From positions 227,105 to 291,104 of the forward strand of contig JBHLLG010000001.1 of NCBI GenBank assembly GCA_048885925.1: a DNA stretch of 64,000 bases. Direction: 5' to 3'. A program made the position numbers and the translations under genes. Under the pieces are notes generated by a model, which saw only the letters and a list, made by a program, of their open reading frames with translations, was not told the origin of the DNA and ran no database searches. The stretch comes from Candidatus Hermodarchaeota archaeon. GTDB lineage: Archaea; Asgardarchaeota; Lokiarchaeia; Sigyniarchaeales; SOKP01. Numbering within the stretch: the stretch's first letter is position 1; each line of letters begins with the position of its first letter. Of the stretch, positions 1 to 9,266 are shown one piece after another.

Positions 1-208
1 TTACAATTTGGAATTTGTTATTTCTTACTAAATTTATCATTTATTTTAAATTCTGCTTCAGTTTTTACAAATTTATAAATTTACAAAAATTGCATTTAGG
101 GGGTTATTATTCATCGTTTAAGATGATCTGATCTTAAAGTTTAAAAATAAGGAAGACGGAATAATAATTAATATACATAATTTATATTAATCATATTTAA
201 ACAATATT

Positions 209-214
209 GGAGGA
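209..214 (+). promoter_or_regulatory. Shine-Dalgarno site of the histone gene (TATA-like TTTATATT at 181-188)
   Basis: GGAGGA ends 7 nt before the ATG at 222. Confidence 0.6.
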
Positions 215-221
215 ATGAAAA

Positions 222-425
222 ATGGCTAAAAAAGCAGCTGGTGGTGTTGAGGCTCTTTTTGTAAAAAGCAAAGTTCGAGACTATATTAAAAGTAAAGGAT
301 GCAATACAAGTGGGGATCTAATTGACGGTCCAGCACTTAACGATGCAATTATTAACGTTCTCGACAAAGCGATTGCAAGGGCTAAAGCCAACAACAGAAA
401 GACTGTTCAGGAAAAAGATTTGTAA
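222..425 (+). CDS. short histone-fold protein with truncated alpha3 (Bd0055/face-to-face-like type)
   Basis: LFVKSKVRDYIK..NTS..AIARAKANNRKTVQEKDL; ends right after the RKTVxxxD motif; SD upstream and T-rich tract downstream. Confidence 0.85.
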   Translation: MAKKAAGGVEALFVKSKVRDYIKSKGCNTSGDLIDGPALNDAIINVLDKAIARAKANNRKTVQEKDL

Positions 426-675
426 TCTTTTTTAAAAGTATAAATATTTTTTTTTCGTATTATTTACTTCTTTTTATCTTTTTAAAATTTTTTAAGGAAA
501 ATTAATAATTCGGTAGTCTATTGAAGTTTAAATCAACAAAAGTAGATTATGCAATTAACACACTCAACCCACAAAAATAAAGAATAAATATTCCAAACCT
601 AATCGCCTTATGCCTTATCCTTTTTCTTAGAATGAAAAGGAATATTTTATTCTTATTTACTTTTTTCTCAAATTC

Positions 676-1206
676 TCATTTTTTTACATTTTGAGCGATT
701 TCTTTGTCAATAATGAAAAATCCAATGGATAAGATACTTTTTAATCTTTGGAGGTCATCTTTAAGCTTTTTAACCCGTTTAAATGGACCTGATACAGCAA
801 TTATTTCTAAGCATTTTTCATATTCCAAGTGAACATGCATAGTAGATATGATAATATCATGAAAATGATGCTGAATGTCATTTTTTAAGATTTCATCTGT
901 TTGTTGAACATTTGCATATATAGATCTTGAAGAATAATCATGATCATGAACAGCGTCATGTAGATTTTCATGAGTATGTTTTTGATTTATATCTACGTGT
1001 TCATGAGCCATCATTATTGTTATGCATCCAACAACATTTTCGGATACTACCGATATATTTTCTTCTTGTATTATAAATAGGTGCATAGATTTCCGGATGG
1101 CATCAGATCTTGAAATTCCTAACTTATTTCTAAATTCCTCAAATTTAGAGTATAAATCTTGAGGAAGAGAAATTGTAAAACGTTTATATTCTTCCATTTT
1201 AGGCAA
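676..1206 (-). CDS. nikR: NikR-family nickel-responsive regulator with His-rich insertion
   Basis: N-terminal ribbon-helix-helix (RFTISLP..SRSDAIR); C-terminal QH..MHVHL..CLE Ni-ligand motif. Confidence 0.8.
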   Translation of the reverse strand: MPKMEEYKRFTISLPQDLYSKFEEFRNKLGISRSDAIRKSMHLFIIQEENISVVSENVVGCITIMMAHEHVDINQKHTHENLHDAVHDHDYSSRSIYANVQQTDEILKNDIQHHFHDIIISTMHVHLEYEKCLEIIAVSGPFKRVKKLKDDLQRLKSILSIGFFIIDKEIAQNVKK

Positions 1207-1239
1207 CTAAATATATAAAATTAAAGTGAAATGAAAATA

Positions 1240-1974
1240 TTATTTCTTAATTAAAATAGCGATGGGCACACTAGCTTGTCTCCATTGTGCGATCTTTCCG
1301 CTAAATGTCAAGTCTAATTTTACTCGTCCATGATCACCAATAATTATCATTAATGAATTTGGTCTTAATTGTTTATAATTGCTCAAGATCCATTTATCAG
1401 TCCTATTAATTAATTTTTCAATTAAATCCTCCGGCGTTCGTTGTCGTAATTGCTGTTGTTGCTTATGCAAATTCTCAAAGTCTAGATAGTGCATCCATGA
1501 AAGATCGTGAGTATTAATAGCTTTTGCTGATTCAACCCAGGTACTCATGTCTGTGTCTTTAGGAATAGATTTCGTACCCCCATCATATCTATCTAAATCT
1601 TTTTTTCTTCCAATAAAACAAGATGTTTTACCAGCATCATTTATGGCTTTTAATAGATGGAACCCATTAGGATCAACTTCAAAACCACCAAATAGTAATT
1701 GGTGTAATACTCCTAAAGTATAAGGATTTTTAGTACTCAGTAAAGCCATAAGTTCTGAATTCGTTATCATAAAAGAGGGTTTAAAAAAAGTTATTTCAAA
1801 TAGACCGAAATTATCAATTAGGTTTATACTTATACGTTCAATACCCTCATATTGCTCTATTATTTGTTGAACTGGTTCTGGAATTGTATTAACAGGAGGA
1901 TCAATATTAAGTAATTTTAATATAGTTGCTGGTAATTGATTCATATAGCATTTAAGTGTTTGTAGTTCGCTCAT
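1240..1974 (-). CDS. alkaline-phosphatase-superfamily (PglZ/NPP-like) protein, divergent
   Basis: LIDNFG and IIIGDHG metal-site motifs. Confidence 0.55.
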   Translation of the reverse strand: MSELQTLKCYMNQLPATILKLLNIDPPVNTIPEPVQQIIEQYEGIERISINLIDNFGLFEITFFKPSFMITNSELMALLSTKNPYTLGVLHQLLFGGFEVDPNGFHLLKAINDAGKTSCFIGRKKDLDRYDGGTKSIPKDTDMSTWVESAKAINTHDLSWMHYLDFENLHKQQQQLRQRTPEDLIEKLINRTDKWILSNYKQLRPNSLMIIIGDHGRVKLDLTFSGKIAQWRQASVPIAILIKK

Positions 1975-2094
1975 AATTGTGCCCTAAACTTGAAATGGTT
2001 AATTATTTTATGATAATTCTTAATATTATAATAATGATTATTATTAATATTAGTTTTCTTATGATTATTGGATTATTAATCGGAAAAATTTGTA

Positions 2095-3378
2095 ATGAGA
2101 ATATTATATATTGATCTAAATAATTCTGGAATTTCAGGAGATATGTTTTTAGCATCTCTTTTAGGGTTAATTCCGGAACCAAATAAAATTTTAACGCAAT
2201 TACAAAACTTAAAAAATTTTCTATCTAACATTTCAAAATTAGATATTGAATTAATTAGTACCGAGTTTACGGGAATACAGTTAAAAAAGTTAAAAATAGA
2301 AATAAAAGAAACAAAAAATAATAGAACTGCAAAAACTTTGGAGAAATCATTAAATGATTTTTTAGCAACCTGCCAAATTTCTGATCTGGCAAAAAATTAT
2401 GCAAATAAGGTTTTAAAATCTCTAATTCAAGCTGAAATTGAGGTTCATGGAGATTTAAGTAAAAATATACATTTACATGAACTTAGTTCTGTTGATACTT
2501 TAATTGATATAATAGGTACTGCTATTGTTCTTGATATGATCCATGGTTTTGATAAAAATTTACGAATATTTTGTAGTAAAATCCCTCTTGGTGGCGGTAA
2601 GGTTAACATAAAACATGGTTCATTAGCCGTCCCCGCCCCTGCTACTCTAAAGATTCTGGAAAAATCAAATTTAATTACTTTTGGAGGTCCAATCGATTCT
2701 GAACTCGTTACTCCAACTGGAGCGGCTCTACTCGCTAATCTTGAACTAGAAGTGGTTCAATTTCCTCCTGAAATGAAGATTTTGAAATCTGTTTATAGTA
2801 CTGGTCAAAAGAAATTTAAAAATTTTTTGAATATTTTAAGAATATTATATGGTGAATATAAGAATTTGAATTATATTGATTCAAATCATGTTTTACAAAA
2901 ATATATTCAACAAATTTCTATCTTGGAGACTGATGTTGATGATATATCAGGAGAAATTCTTGGAAATTTTATTAAAGAATTAGAAAAAGAGGAAATATTA
3001 GACATTCAAATTTGTCCAAGTATCACTAAAAAAAATCGGCCAGGATATGTAATAAAAGTTCTTTGCTTTCCAGAATATACATTCCAATTAATAGAAAAAA
3101 TAATGCTTGAATTAGGAACTTTAGGAGTAAGATTTAATATAATTGACCGAGTTTGTATTGATAGAAAGATTAAAAAGACAAATATCACCATATATGAAAA
3201 AGTCTATGAAATAAACTACAAAATTTCTTTTATTAGATCAGAAAAGGGAACAAAAATCGTTAACATCAAACCTGAGTACGAGGATTTAAAAAAAATAAGT
3301 GAAGAAACAGGCTTAACTGTTAAAATGGTTCAGATTATAGCACAAAAAGAAATAAATAAAAACTATAATCAACTTTGA
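2095..3378 (+). CDS. larC: nickel-pincer cofactor nickel insertase LarC
   Basis: GISGDMFLASL, VHG..IHLHEL..VD, PAPATL, ELVTPTGAA, LETDVDD..GE, KKNRPG, TLGVR, KPEYED motifs. Confidence 0.93.
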   Translation: MRILYIDLNNSGISGDMFLASLLGLIPEPNKILTQLQNLKNFLSNISKLDIELISTEFTGIQLKKLKIEIKETKNNRTAKTLEKSLNDFLATCQISDLAKNYANKVLKSLIQAEIEVHGDLSKNIHLHELSSVDTLIDIIGTAIVLDMIHGFDKNLRIFCSKIPLGGGKVNIKHGSLAVPAPATLKILEKSNLITFGGPIDSELVTPTGAALLANLELEVVQFPPEMKILKSVYSTGQKKFKNFLNILRILYGEYKNLNYIDSNHVLQKYIQQISILETDVDDISGEILGNFIKELEKEEILDIQICPSITKKNRPGYVIKVLCFPEYTFQLIEKIMLELGTLGVRFNIIDRVCIDRKIKKTNITIYEKVYEINYKISFIRSEKGTKIVNIKPEYEDLKKISEETGLTVKMVQIIAQKEINKNYNQL

Positions 3379-3456
3379 AAAATCCTGAATATTTATTTAA
3401 AAACTATAAATAGAAAAAAAAGTGAGTTTAAAAATAAGATTCAAATGAATAAATTT

Positions 3457-3999
3457 TTAATATTTATCAATATGAAACTTATTCATGTAATACTCATCTT
3501 CAACCATTTCTTTTGAAAATTCTTTTATTCTCGCAATTTCTTTAATAATTTCCTTGACTTTTCTTAATTTACCCAATTCTCGGAATAGTTCAGATGCTTC
3601 TTGAAATGTCTCAATAGTTTTATCAAAATTCCCAGATACCTCCATATCTTCAGCAAGATACACTAAACCTTCAGCGGTATCTAATTTCTTACCTAATCGT
3701 TTTTGAATTTTTAAGGATTGATAATGATATTTCATACTTTCAGGGTATTGCTTAAAGATTGAATAAGTTCTTCCTAATGCTCTTAAAACTAATGCCTCTT
3801 CTTCAGGTAAATTATTTTCTCTGCAATGATTTAAAATTGATTCTAGAAATTGAATATATTCAGATTTATTTCGAATTTGCGATCTATCAATGCGTTCCAT
3901 TGCTTTTTCATAGTTTTCTAAAGTGTTAAGGATATCTCCACTCTCAAAAAACTTTTTAGATTTCTCAAAAAGTTCAGTATGATCAATAGATGCGACCAT
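3457..3999 (-). CDS. TPR-repeat protein
   Basis: ALGRTY..ESMKYHYQSLKI..LG..AEGL..LA TPR pattern. Confidence 0.8.
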   Translation of the reverse strand: MVASIDHTELFEKSKKFFESGDILNTLENYEKAMERIDRSQIRNKSEYIQFLESILNHCRENNLPEEEALVLRALGRTYSIFKQYPESMKYHYQSLKIQKRLGKKLDTAEGLVYLAEDMEVSGNFDKTIETFQEASELFRELGKLRKVKEIIKEIARIKEFSKEMVEDEYYMNKFHIDKY

Positions 4000-4294
4000 C
4001 TGGGTCTCAACTACTTATTCTTAAAATTTTTTTTTAGATTTTATTAATTGAAAAATAAGTTCAATATTAATTATATTAAATTACCTATTTATACTTATCC
4101 TTCTTAAATTATATGTTTCTTTTACTCCTTAATCTTTCATGTAAACGGAGTATAAAGTCTATTAGTAAAATCTTTTAGGGATTTTATAAAGAAGGAGATT
4201 GTGGATTTACTAAAGCCTATATCTATTTAAATAAATAAAAGTAGATCTGTTATTTTAAACAATTTTAAGAAATAAAAAAAAATTGAGAATTAAA

Positions 4295-4960
4295 TTAAAA
4301 GTTAATAATTCCTGCGATACCTAATGGTAAAAAAATGCATAAGAGTAGAAATCCAATAGCATATATTATACCTACTACTTTAACTTTTGACTTTCTTTCA
4401 GGTAAATCGTACACATAGAATGCTCCTACAAAAAAATGAAAATACCCTATTAAAAAGATAAGAACTGGATTATACCAATGCCACCAGACGTATTCCCAGA
4501 TTAAATATCCACCCCAATTTAAGAAAATTTCTACTATTACACAAAAGAGGGCAAATCCAATTGCCATTGCCCATCGGTTAGGAAGTCCAAAAATTTTTTT
4601 ATTTTTATCATCTGGTAAAAATTTAGCAAAGATTATTCCTGCAATAGAAAACATAAAAGCAATTTCAATATTCCATCCTATTAAGATAATATAAGCACTT
4701 GCTCCAGGAGTAGTCCAAAAGGCTGAGAAATCAGTAAAAACAAAAACGAGTCCGTTCCAAATCTCATTTATTAAATCTAATCCTAATATAGTCAAACCCG
4801 CAAATATTGTGCCCCAATTTCCCGTCTCTCTCGCTTTTTTGATCTCAACACCATAAATATATAATACTATCGCAAGTAGGGTAATAATATACCATCCATT
4901 TTCCGAATTCAGTTCTCGAAGTTTATCTAATGCTTCTAAAGAAGCTGGTGTTGGCGCCAT
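4295..4960 (-). CDS. multi-pass membrane protein, unknown function
   Basis: About 6 hydrophobic segments, Trp-rich. Confidence 0.7.
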   Translation of the reverse strand: MAPTPASLEALDKLRELNSENGWYIITLLAIVLYIYGVEIKKARETGNWGTIFAGLTILGLDLINEIWNGLVFVFTDFSAFWTTPGASAYIILIGWNIEIAFMFSIAGIIFAKFLPDDKNKKIFGLPNRWAMAIGFALFCVIVEIFLNWGGYLIWEYVWWHWYNPVLIFLIGYFHFFVGAFYVYDLPERKSKVKVVGIIYAIGFLLLCIFLPLGIAGIINF

Positions 4961-5127
4961 AATTTACACTTTTTTAAAAATTTATTTTTGTATATTATTT
5001 AAAAAAAGTTTAAACTCGAAAGTTTATATAATTTTTCCACTTAATCTTCATCAGAAATTAAAATATATGATTTCAATTTTTATAATAAAGTTCAAATTTA
5101 TGAATTAGCTCAAATTTTTATTCAGAA

Positions 5128-5907
5128 TTATTCTGCAATTTTGTTTGCAATAATTGCTGCTGAAGCACCTGCTCCAAATCCATTATCAATATTTACAACT
5201 AATAATCCAGGAGAACATGATTGTAACATAGTAATAAGTGCACCTTTTCCCTTTTCACCAATACCATATCCGCTTGATATAGGAATTCCTATTACAGGCA
5301 CATCTACAAGCGCAGCTACAACCCCGGGTAATGTTCCTTCCATACCCGCACAAACAATTATTACGTGGACTCCCTTCTTTATCATATCGCTCAATGGAGT
5401 AAAAATTCTATGTAAACCGGCAATTCCTACATCATAACTCGAAATTACTTCGCAACCCATTGATTTAGCAATTATTTGTGCTTCAGTTGCAATAGGTATA
5501 TCCGAACTACCAGCTGTAATAATCCCTATAATCCCTCCTTTTTTAGGAAAACTGTAATTATGATTTTTAATAACAATAATTTTGCCTAATTCATTTATTT
5601 CGATGATATAATCTTTGCTATTACCAAATTTTTCAAATAAATTTCTTTTTTGTTCATCATTATAACGAGAAATTATAGCAAAATTTTTACTTTTAAGGAA
5701 GCCAGAAGTTATATCCGTCAACATTGTAGGATCTTTATTCTGAGCAAAAATTACTTCTGGTACTCCTGTCCTTGTTTTGCGAAAGATATCAAGTTTTGCT
5801 ACATCTCCAATTTCTTCAATAATATTCACTTTTAATAATTTTTCAGCATCTTCTAAAGATATTTTTTTATCAATTAATTTGAGAAGGATGTCTCTTATTT
5901 CACTCAT
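5128..5907 (-). CDS. larB: nickel-pincer cofactor biosynthesis carboxylase LarB
   Basis: RTGVPEVIF..K, AGSSDIP.A.EA, DVGIAGLHR, AGMEGTLP, MLQSC.PG..VVNIDNGFGAG. Confidence 0.95.
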   Translation of the reverse strand: MSEIRDILLKLIDKKISLEDAEKLLKVNIIEEIGDVAKLDIFRKTRTGVPEVIFAQNKDPTMLTDITSGFLKSKNFAIISRYNDEQKRNLFEKFGNSKDYIIEINELGKIIVIKNHNYSFPKKGGIIGIITAGSSDIPIATEAQIIAKSMGCEVISSYDVGIAGLHRIFTPLSDMIKKGVHVIIVCAGMEGTLPGVVAALVDVPVIGIPISSGYGIGEKGKGALITMLQSCSPGLLVVNIDNGFGAGASAAIIANKIAE

Positions 5908-6063
5908 TTAAAATCCCAATTTTTTAGATGTCCTTGTATAAATTTCATTAAAAATACATGAATTTTGTATTTTACTATTATTTCAAAAAAGATAATAACT
6001 ACTTAAAATAATAATAAATTACTAAATTATCAAATATTAATCCTAATCAAAAGTGAAGAACTT

Positions 6064-7287
6064 ATGAAAATTGATTATACATCTTATCAAGATGTGAAAT
6101 TAAAAGGAAAAAAAATTTTGATGCGAGTTGATATTAACTCGAATATTGACACAGAAAAAATGGAGATCAGAGACTCTCCGAGAATTCGAGCTCTTGTTCC
6201 TGCTTTAAATGAATATTTTAGAAAAAGTGCAGTAATCATTTTAGCACATCAATCTCGCCCTGGAGATAAAGATTTTACAGATTTAGATATACATGCGAAA
6301 GAGATTCAAAAACATTTAGGGCGACCTGTAAAATTTGTAAAAGATATTTTTGGAGAAAAAGCGATTCAAGCAATTAAAGATCTTAAACCAGGTGAAGTTT
6401 TAGTTCTCGATAATGTTCGAAAATTTGAAGGAGAAATGATAGATTATAAAGATTTTTCTGAAGCAGAAAAAACTAAAATGATACAAACCCTTTATCCTTT
6501 AGTTGATTATGTTATTGTTGATGCCTTTGGAGCTGCTCATCGAGCTCATGCATCCATTGTTGGATGGCCAAAAATGATGGCTGGACCCATAACTGATGCA
6601 GAATTATATGCGTTAAAAAAAATAATGCAAGAACCAGATAAACCTATGGCGATGTTAATAGGGGGAGCAAAAGCTATAGACAAGTTCAAAGCTATGAAAT
6701 ATAATTTTGATAATGAAAAGTTAGATTACGCTTTATGTTCAGGATTAACAGCAATTTTGATCTTTGAAGCCTTAGGCAAAAACATGGGAGAACCAAACCA
6801 TAAAATAATAGCTGAAGATTTAGAAAAAAATTTAACTATGATAAAAGAAACATACGCAAAATACAAAGATAAAATTATTCTACCGGAAGATTTAATTATT
6901 GAGGATAATGGTAATAGAAAAACAATTGGAATCGATGAAGCGGGTACTTATAATACAACAACGGGAGATATTGGTGAAAAGACAGTACAGAAATTCAATG
7001 AAATTCTGATGAAATGTAAAACAATTGTTGCAAATGGTCCTCCTGGCATATTTGAAAAAGAAGTATTTAGAAAAGCTACAAATGAAATTGTAGATACTAT
7101 GGTAGCTGCTACAAAGAAAAATAAAGCTCTCACGATTATAGGCGGTGGAGAAATGGGAGCTGCAGCTTCAATGGCAGGTAAAGCTGATGATGTTTCTTTT
7201 ATTTCAACTGCTGGTGGAGCAATGTTAGAAATCCTTTCTGGAAAAGATTTGCCAATGATAAGAGCATTGAGAGAGAAAAAAGCTTAA
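6064..7287 (+). CDS. pgk: phosphoglycerate kinase
   Basis: RVDIN, AHQSRP, DAFGAAHRAHAS, GGAK..DK, NGPPGIFE, STAGGA. Confidence 0.97.
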   Translation: MKIDYTSYQDVKLKGKKILMRVDINSNIDTEKMEIRDSPRIRALVPALNEYFRKSAVIILAHQSRPGDKDFTDLDIHAKEIQKHLGRPVKFVKDIFGEKAIQAIKDLKPGEVLVLDNVRKFEGEMIDYKDFSEAEKTKMIQTLYPLVDYVIVDAFGAAHRAHASIVGWPKMMAGPITDAELYALKKIMQEPDKPMAMLIGGAKAIDKFKAMKYNFDNEKLDYALCSGLTAILIFEALGKNMGEPNHKIIAEDLEKNLTMIKETYAKYKDKIILPEDLIIEDNGNRKTIGIDEAGTYNTTTGDIGEKTVQKFNEILMKCKTIVANGPPGIFEKEVFRKATNEIVDTMVAATKKNKALTIIGGGEMGAAASMAGKADDVSFISTAGGAMLEILSGKDLPMIRALREKKA

Positions 7288-7591
7288 AATAATTAATTTT
7301 TATTTTTTTGTCCTATTCTTTATAAAATATTAATTTTTCTTATCTTTTCTTGGAATATTCCAATTCTACCTAATCTTTTTTTTTATATTTTTATAAGAAA
7401 TTAGAAGAATAGCTTTTTTGATTAAATGTGCTTTCTAAAGTAATTTTATTAAATGATCTGAGATTTAAAGATCTAAATTTAAAGTATTGAAAATAAATGA
7501 TTTACAGTATTTCGCAAGTGGACTAATAAAATATTTATTTTTAATACCACAAATTAATACAACAAAGTTTCAATTTTCGAAAAATTGAAAT

Positions 7592-7712
7592 GGGCCCGTG
7601 GTCTAGAGGGAACTCATTTCCTGAGATTCTCGGAGAACTCGGTAAGTATCTAACCCGAAATGACGTCCGCTTGACGTGCGGAAGGTCGTGCGTTCAAATC
7701 GCGCCGGGCCCA
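7592..7712 (+). tRNA. tRNA-Val(GAC) with two D-loop introns (7607-7637 at 15/16; 7645-7660 at 21/22)
   Basis: Acceptor GGGCCCG/CGGGCCC+A; anticodon arm TCCGC-TTGACGT-GCGGA; T arm GTGCG-TTCAAAT-CGCGC; removing both BHB-bounded inserts gives a 74-nt cloverleaf. Confidence 0.92.
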
Positions 7713-7747
7713 TCCATTTATTATAAAAATTTGATTATAAGAAAAAG

Positions 7748-8227
7748 ATGCCCATTAGAATTCGTTGGTTGTCAAAGGAATATTTTGGTATAGGGTTAAT
7801 GTTATTAGGAATGTGTGGAATGTTCCAAATATTTTTTATATCGATAGGTCAATATTTCTTAGCTATTGGAAGTTATTTCGTTGTAATATTAATACCAATT
7901 GGAATTTGGGTGGCTTTATTTTTTGCTACAATTATTATCTTTGAAAGTTATGCTCAAGTTGAGCGCAGAGAGAAATTAAGGAGTCGATTTCGAAAAGCGA
8001 AAATTAAAAGTTCAAAAATAAAGAAATTTTTTAATTTCCCAATAACAAAACCGTTATTATTAGTATTTCTGCTTTTCATTGGTTTTTTCTTTAGTCTATT
8101 CTTTATCTGTGTAACATTTTTAAATAGTTCTATGGCATTTTTAATAGCAGAAAATCTAAGTGCTCTTTTTTGCCTATTAATTGCTAATTTAATAGAGAAA
8201 AACTACGGTCGAGTTAAGAGATATTAA
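7748..8227 (+). CDS. 4-TM membrane protein, unknown function
   Basis: Two hydrophobic hairpins separated by a basic loop. Confidence 0.7.
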   Translation: MPIRIRWLSKEYFGIGLMLLGMCGMFQIFFISIGQYFLAIGSYFVVILIPIGIWVALFFATIIIFESYAQVERREKLRSRFRKAKIKSSKIKKFFNFPITKPLLLVFLLFIGFFFSLFFICVTFLNSSMAFLIAENLSALFCLLIANLIEKNYGRVKRY

Positions 8228-8376
8228 AAATAAAATCCATCTCAGATAATATATTGCTATAGAGCAAATTTATATAGGGATTAAGCAACATTTATTATAT
8301 AAAAAAAAGCTTTTAAAAAGTTTAATTTAATTAGAAATAAACAAGATTATTTAAAAATAACAATTTTTAACACATT

Positions 8377-9225
8377 ATGGCGAAAATCGAAATTCGATGT
8401 CCAATTTGTAAAAAATGGAGTCATATAGAGATTTCAGACGATCTACTTAAGAATGTGTCAAAGGGACTTTTAGCATTGAATATTACAACAGGAATGATAT
8501 GTGAACATTCATTTATCGCATATGTAGATAAAAATCTAAAAGTAAGAGACTGTTTAGTAGCAGATTTTAAAATAGAACTCCAAGAAAATTCAATGAGTCA
8601 AGCCACTGATGAGATTTTAAGTCCAGAAGCGGATATAATTAAGTTTGATCTAATTAAATTAAATTTGCCTGATTTATTAATTGTTAATATTTTAAGAACT
8701 ATATTTTTAAGGAAAAAGGCGGTAATACTTTCCGAGGAGCAGTTTTTATATAATCACATTATTAACTTTTTCAAATATATTACACAAAATTCATTTAAAT
8801 TTGATATAAATATTATATCTGAAGAAGATTATAAGAAGAATAAAAACGATTATGAGAGTCATATTATTTTAAAAAAACGAGAAGTTATTAGAGATAAAGA
8901 TAAAATAATTGACTTGAAGAGATTAGATTTTGAGAAGTCAATGGTTCAAAAATTTTTAGCAGAGTATGATGTAATGGCTGGTTTAGTCATATTAAAGAAT
9001 GAGATAAATAAAGCTTATGAATTTTCGAAAGAAATTGCAGAACTTATTGAAAGTCAGAGTGAAAAACCTATAACAGCTAAAATAATTATAAACTATCTCT
9101 CAGAAAAACATAAAGAGAAAATTCAAAAGCCATATTTAACATTTTTAATTGATATTGTTAAAAATTATTTTAAAGTTGATGTTCCTAAAATAGATGGAGT
9201 TACCAATCTGCTTGGATTATTATAA
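8377..9225 (+). CDS. hypothetical protein with N-terminal Zn-binding motif (CPIC..CEH)
   Basis: CxxC..CxH followed by FIAYVDKNLKVRD; 282-aa ORF. Confidence 0.65.
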   Translation: MAKIEIRCPICKKWSHIEISDDLLKNVSKGLLALNITTGMICEHSFIAYVDKNLKVRDCLVADFKIELQENSMSQATDEILSPEADIIKFDLIKLNLPDLLIVNILRTIFLRKKAVILSEEQFLYNHIINFFKYITQNSFKFDINIISEEDYKKNKNDYESHIILKKREVIRDKDKIIDLKRLDFEKSMVQKFLAEYDVMAGLVILKNEINKAYEFSKEIAELIESQSEKPITAKIIINYLSEKHKEKIQKPYLTFLIDIVKNYFKVDVPKIDGVTNLLGLL

Positions 9226-9266
9226 ACGCTTCTTATACTCCATTGTTATAAATCACGATTTAGATT

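Noticed and set aside
117-138. Inverted repeat TTTAAGAT-N6-ATCTTAAA upstream of the histone gene
   Set aside because: Short, AT-rich and single copy; cannot be told from chance
547-678. 42 open codons in frame after the nikR TGA (possible Sec or readthrough extension with a hydrophobic end)
   Set aside because: The NikR domain is already complete, the TGA is not at a Cys-equivalent site, no SECIS was recognised, and the length is within chance range
7590-7793. 67-aa ORF in the track
   Set aside because: It overlays the tRNA-Val gene; shadow ORF
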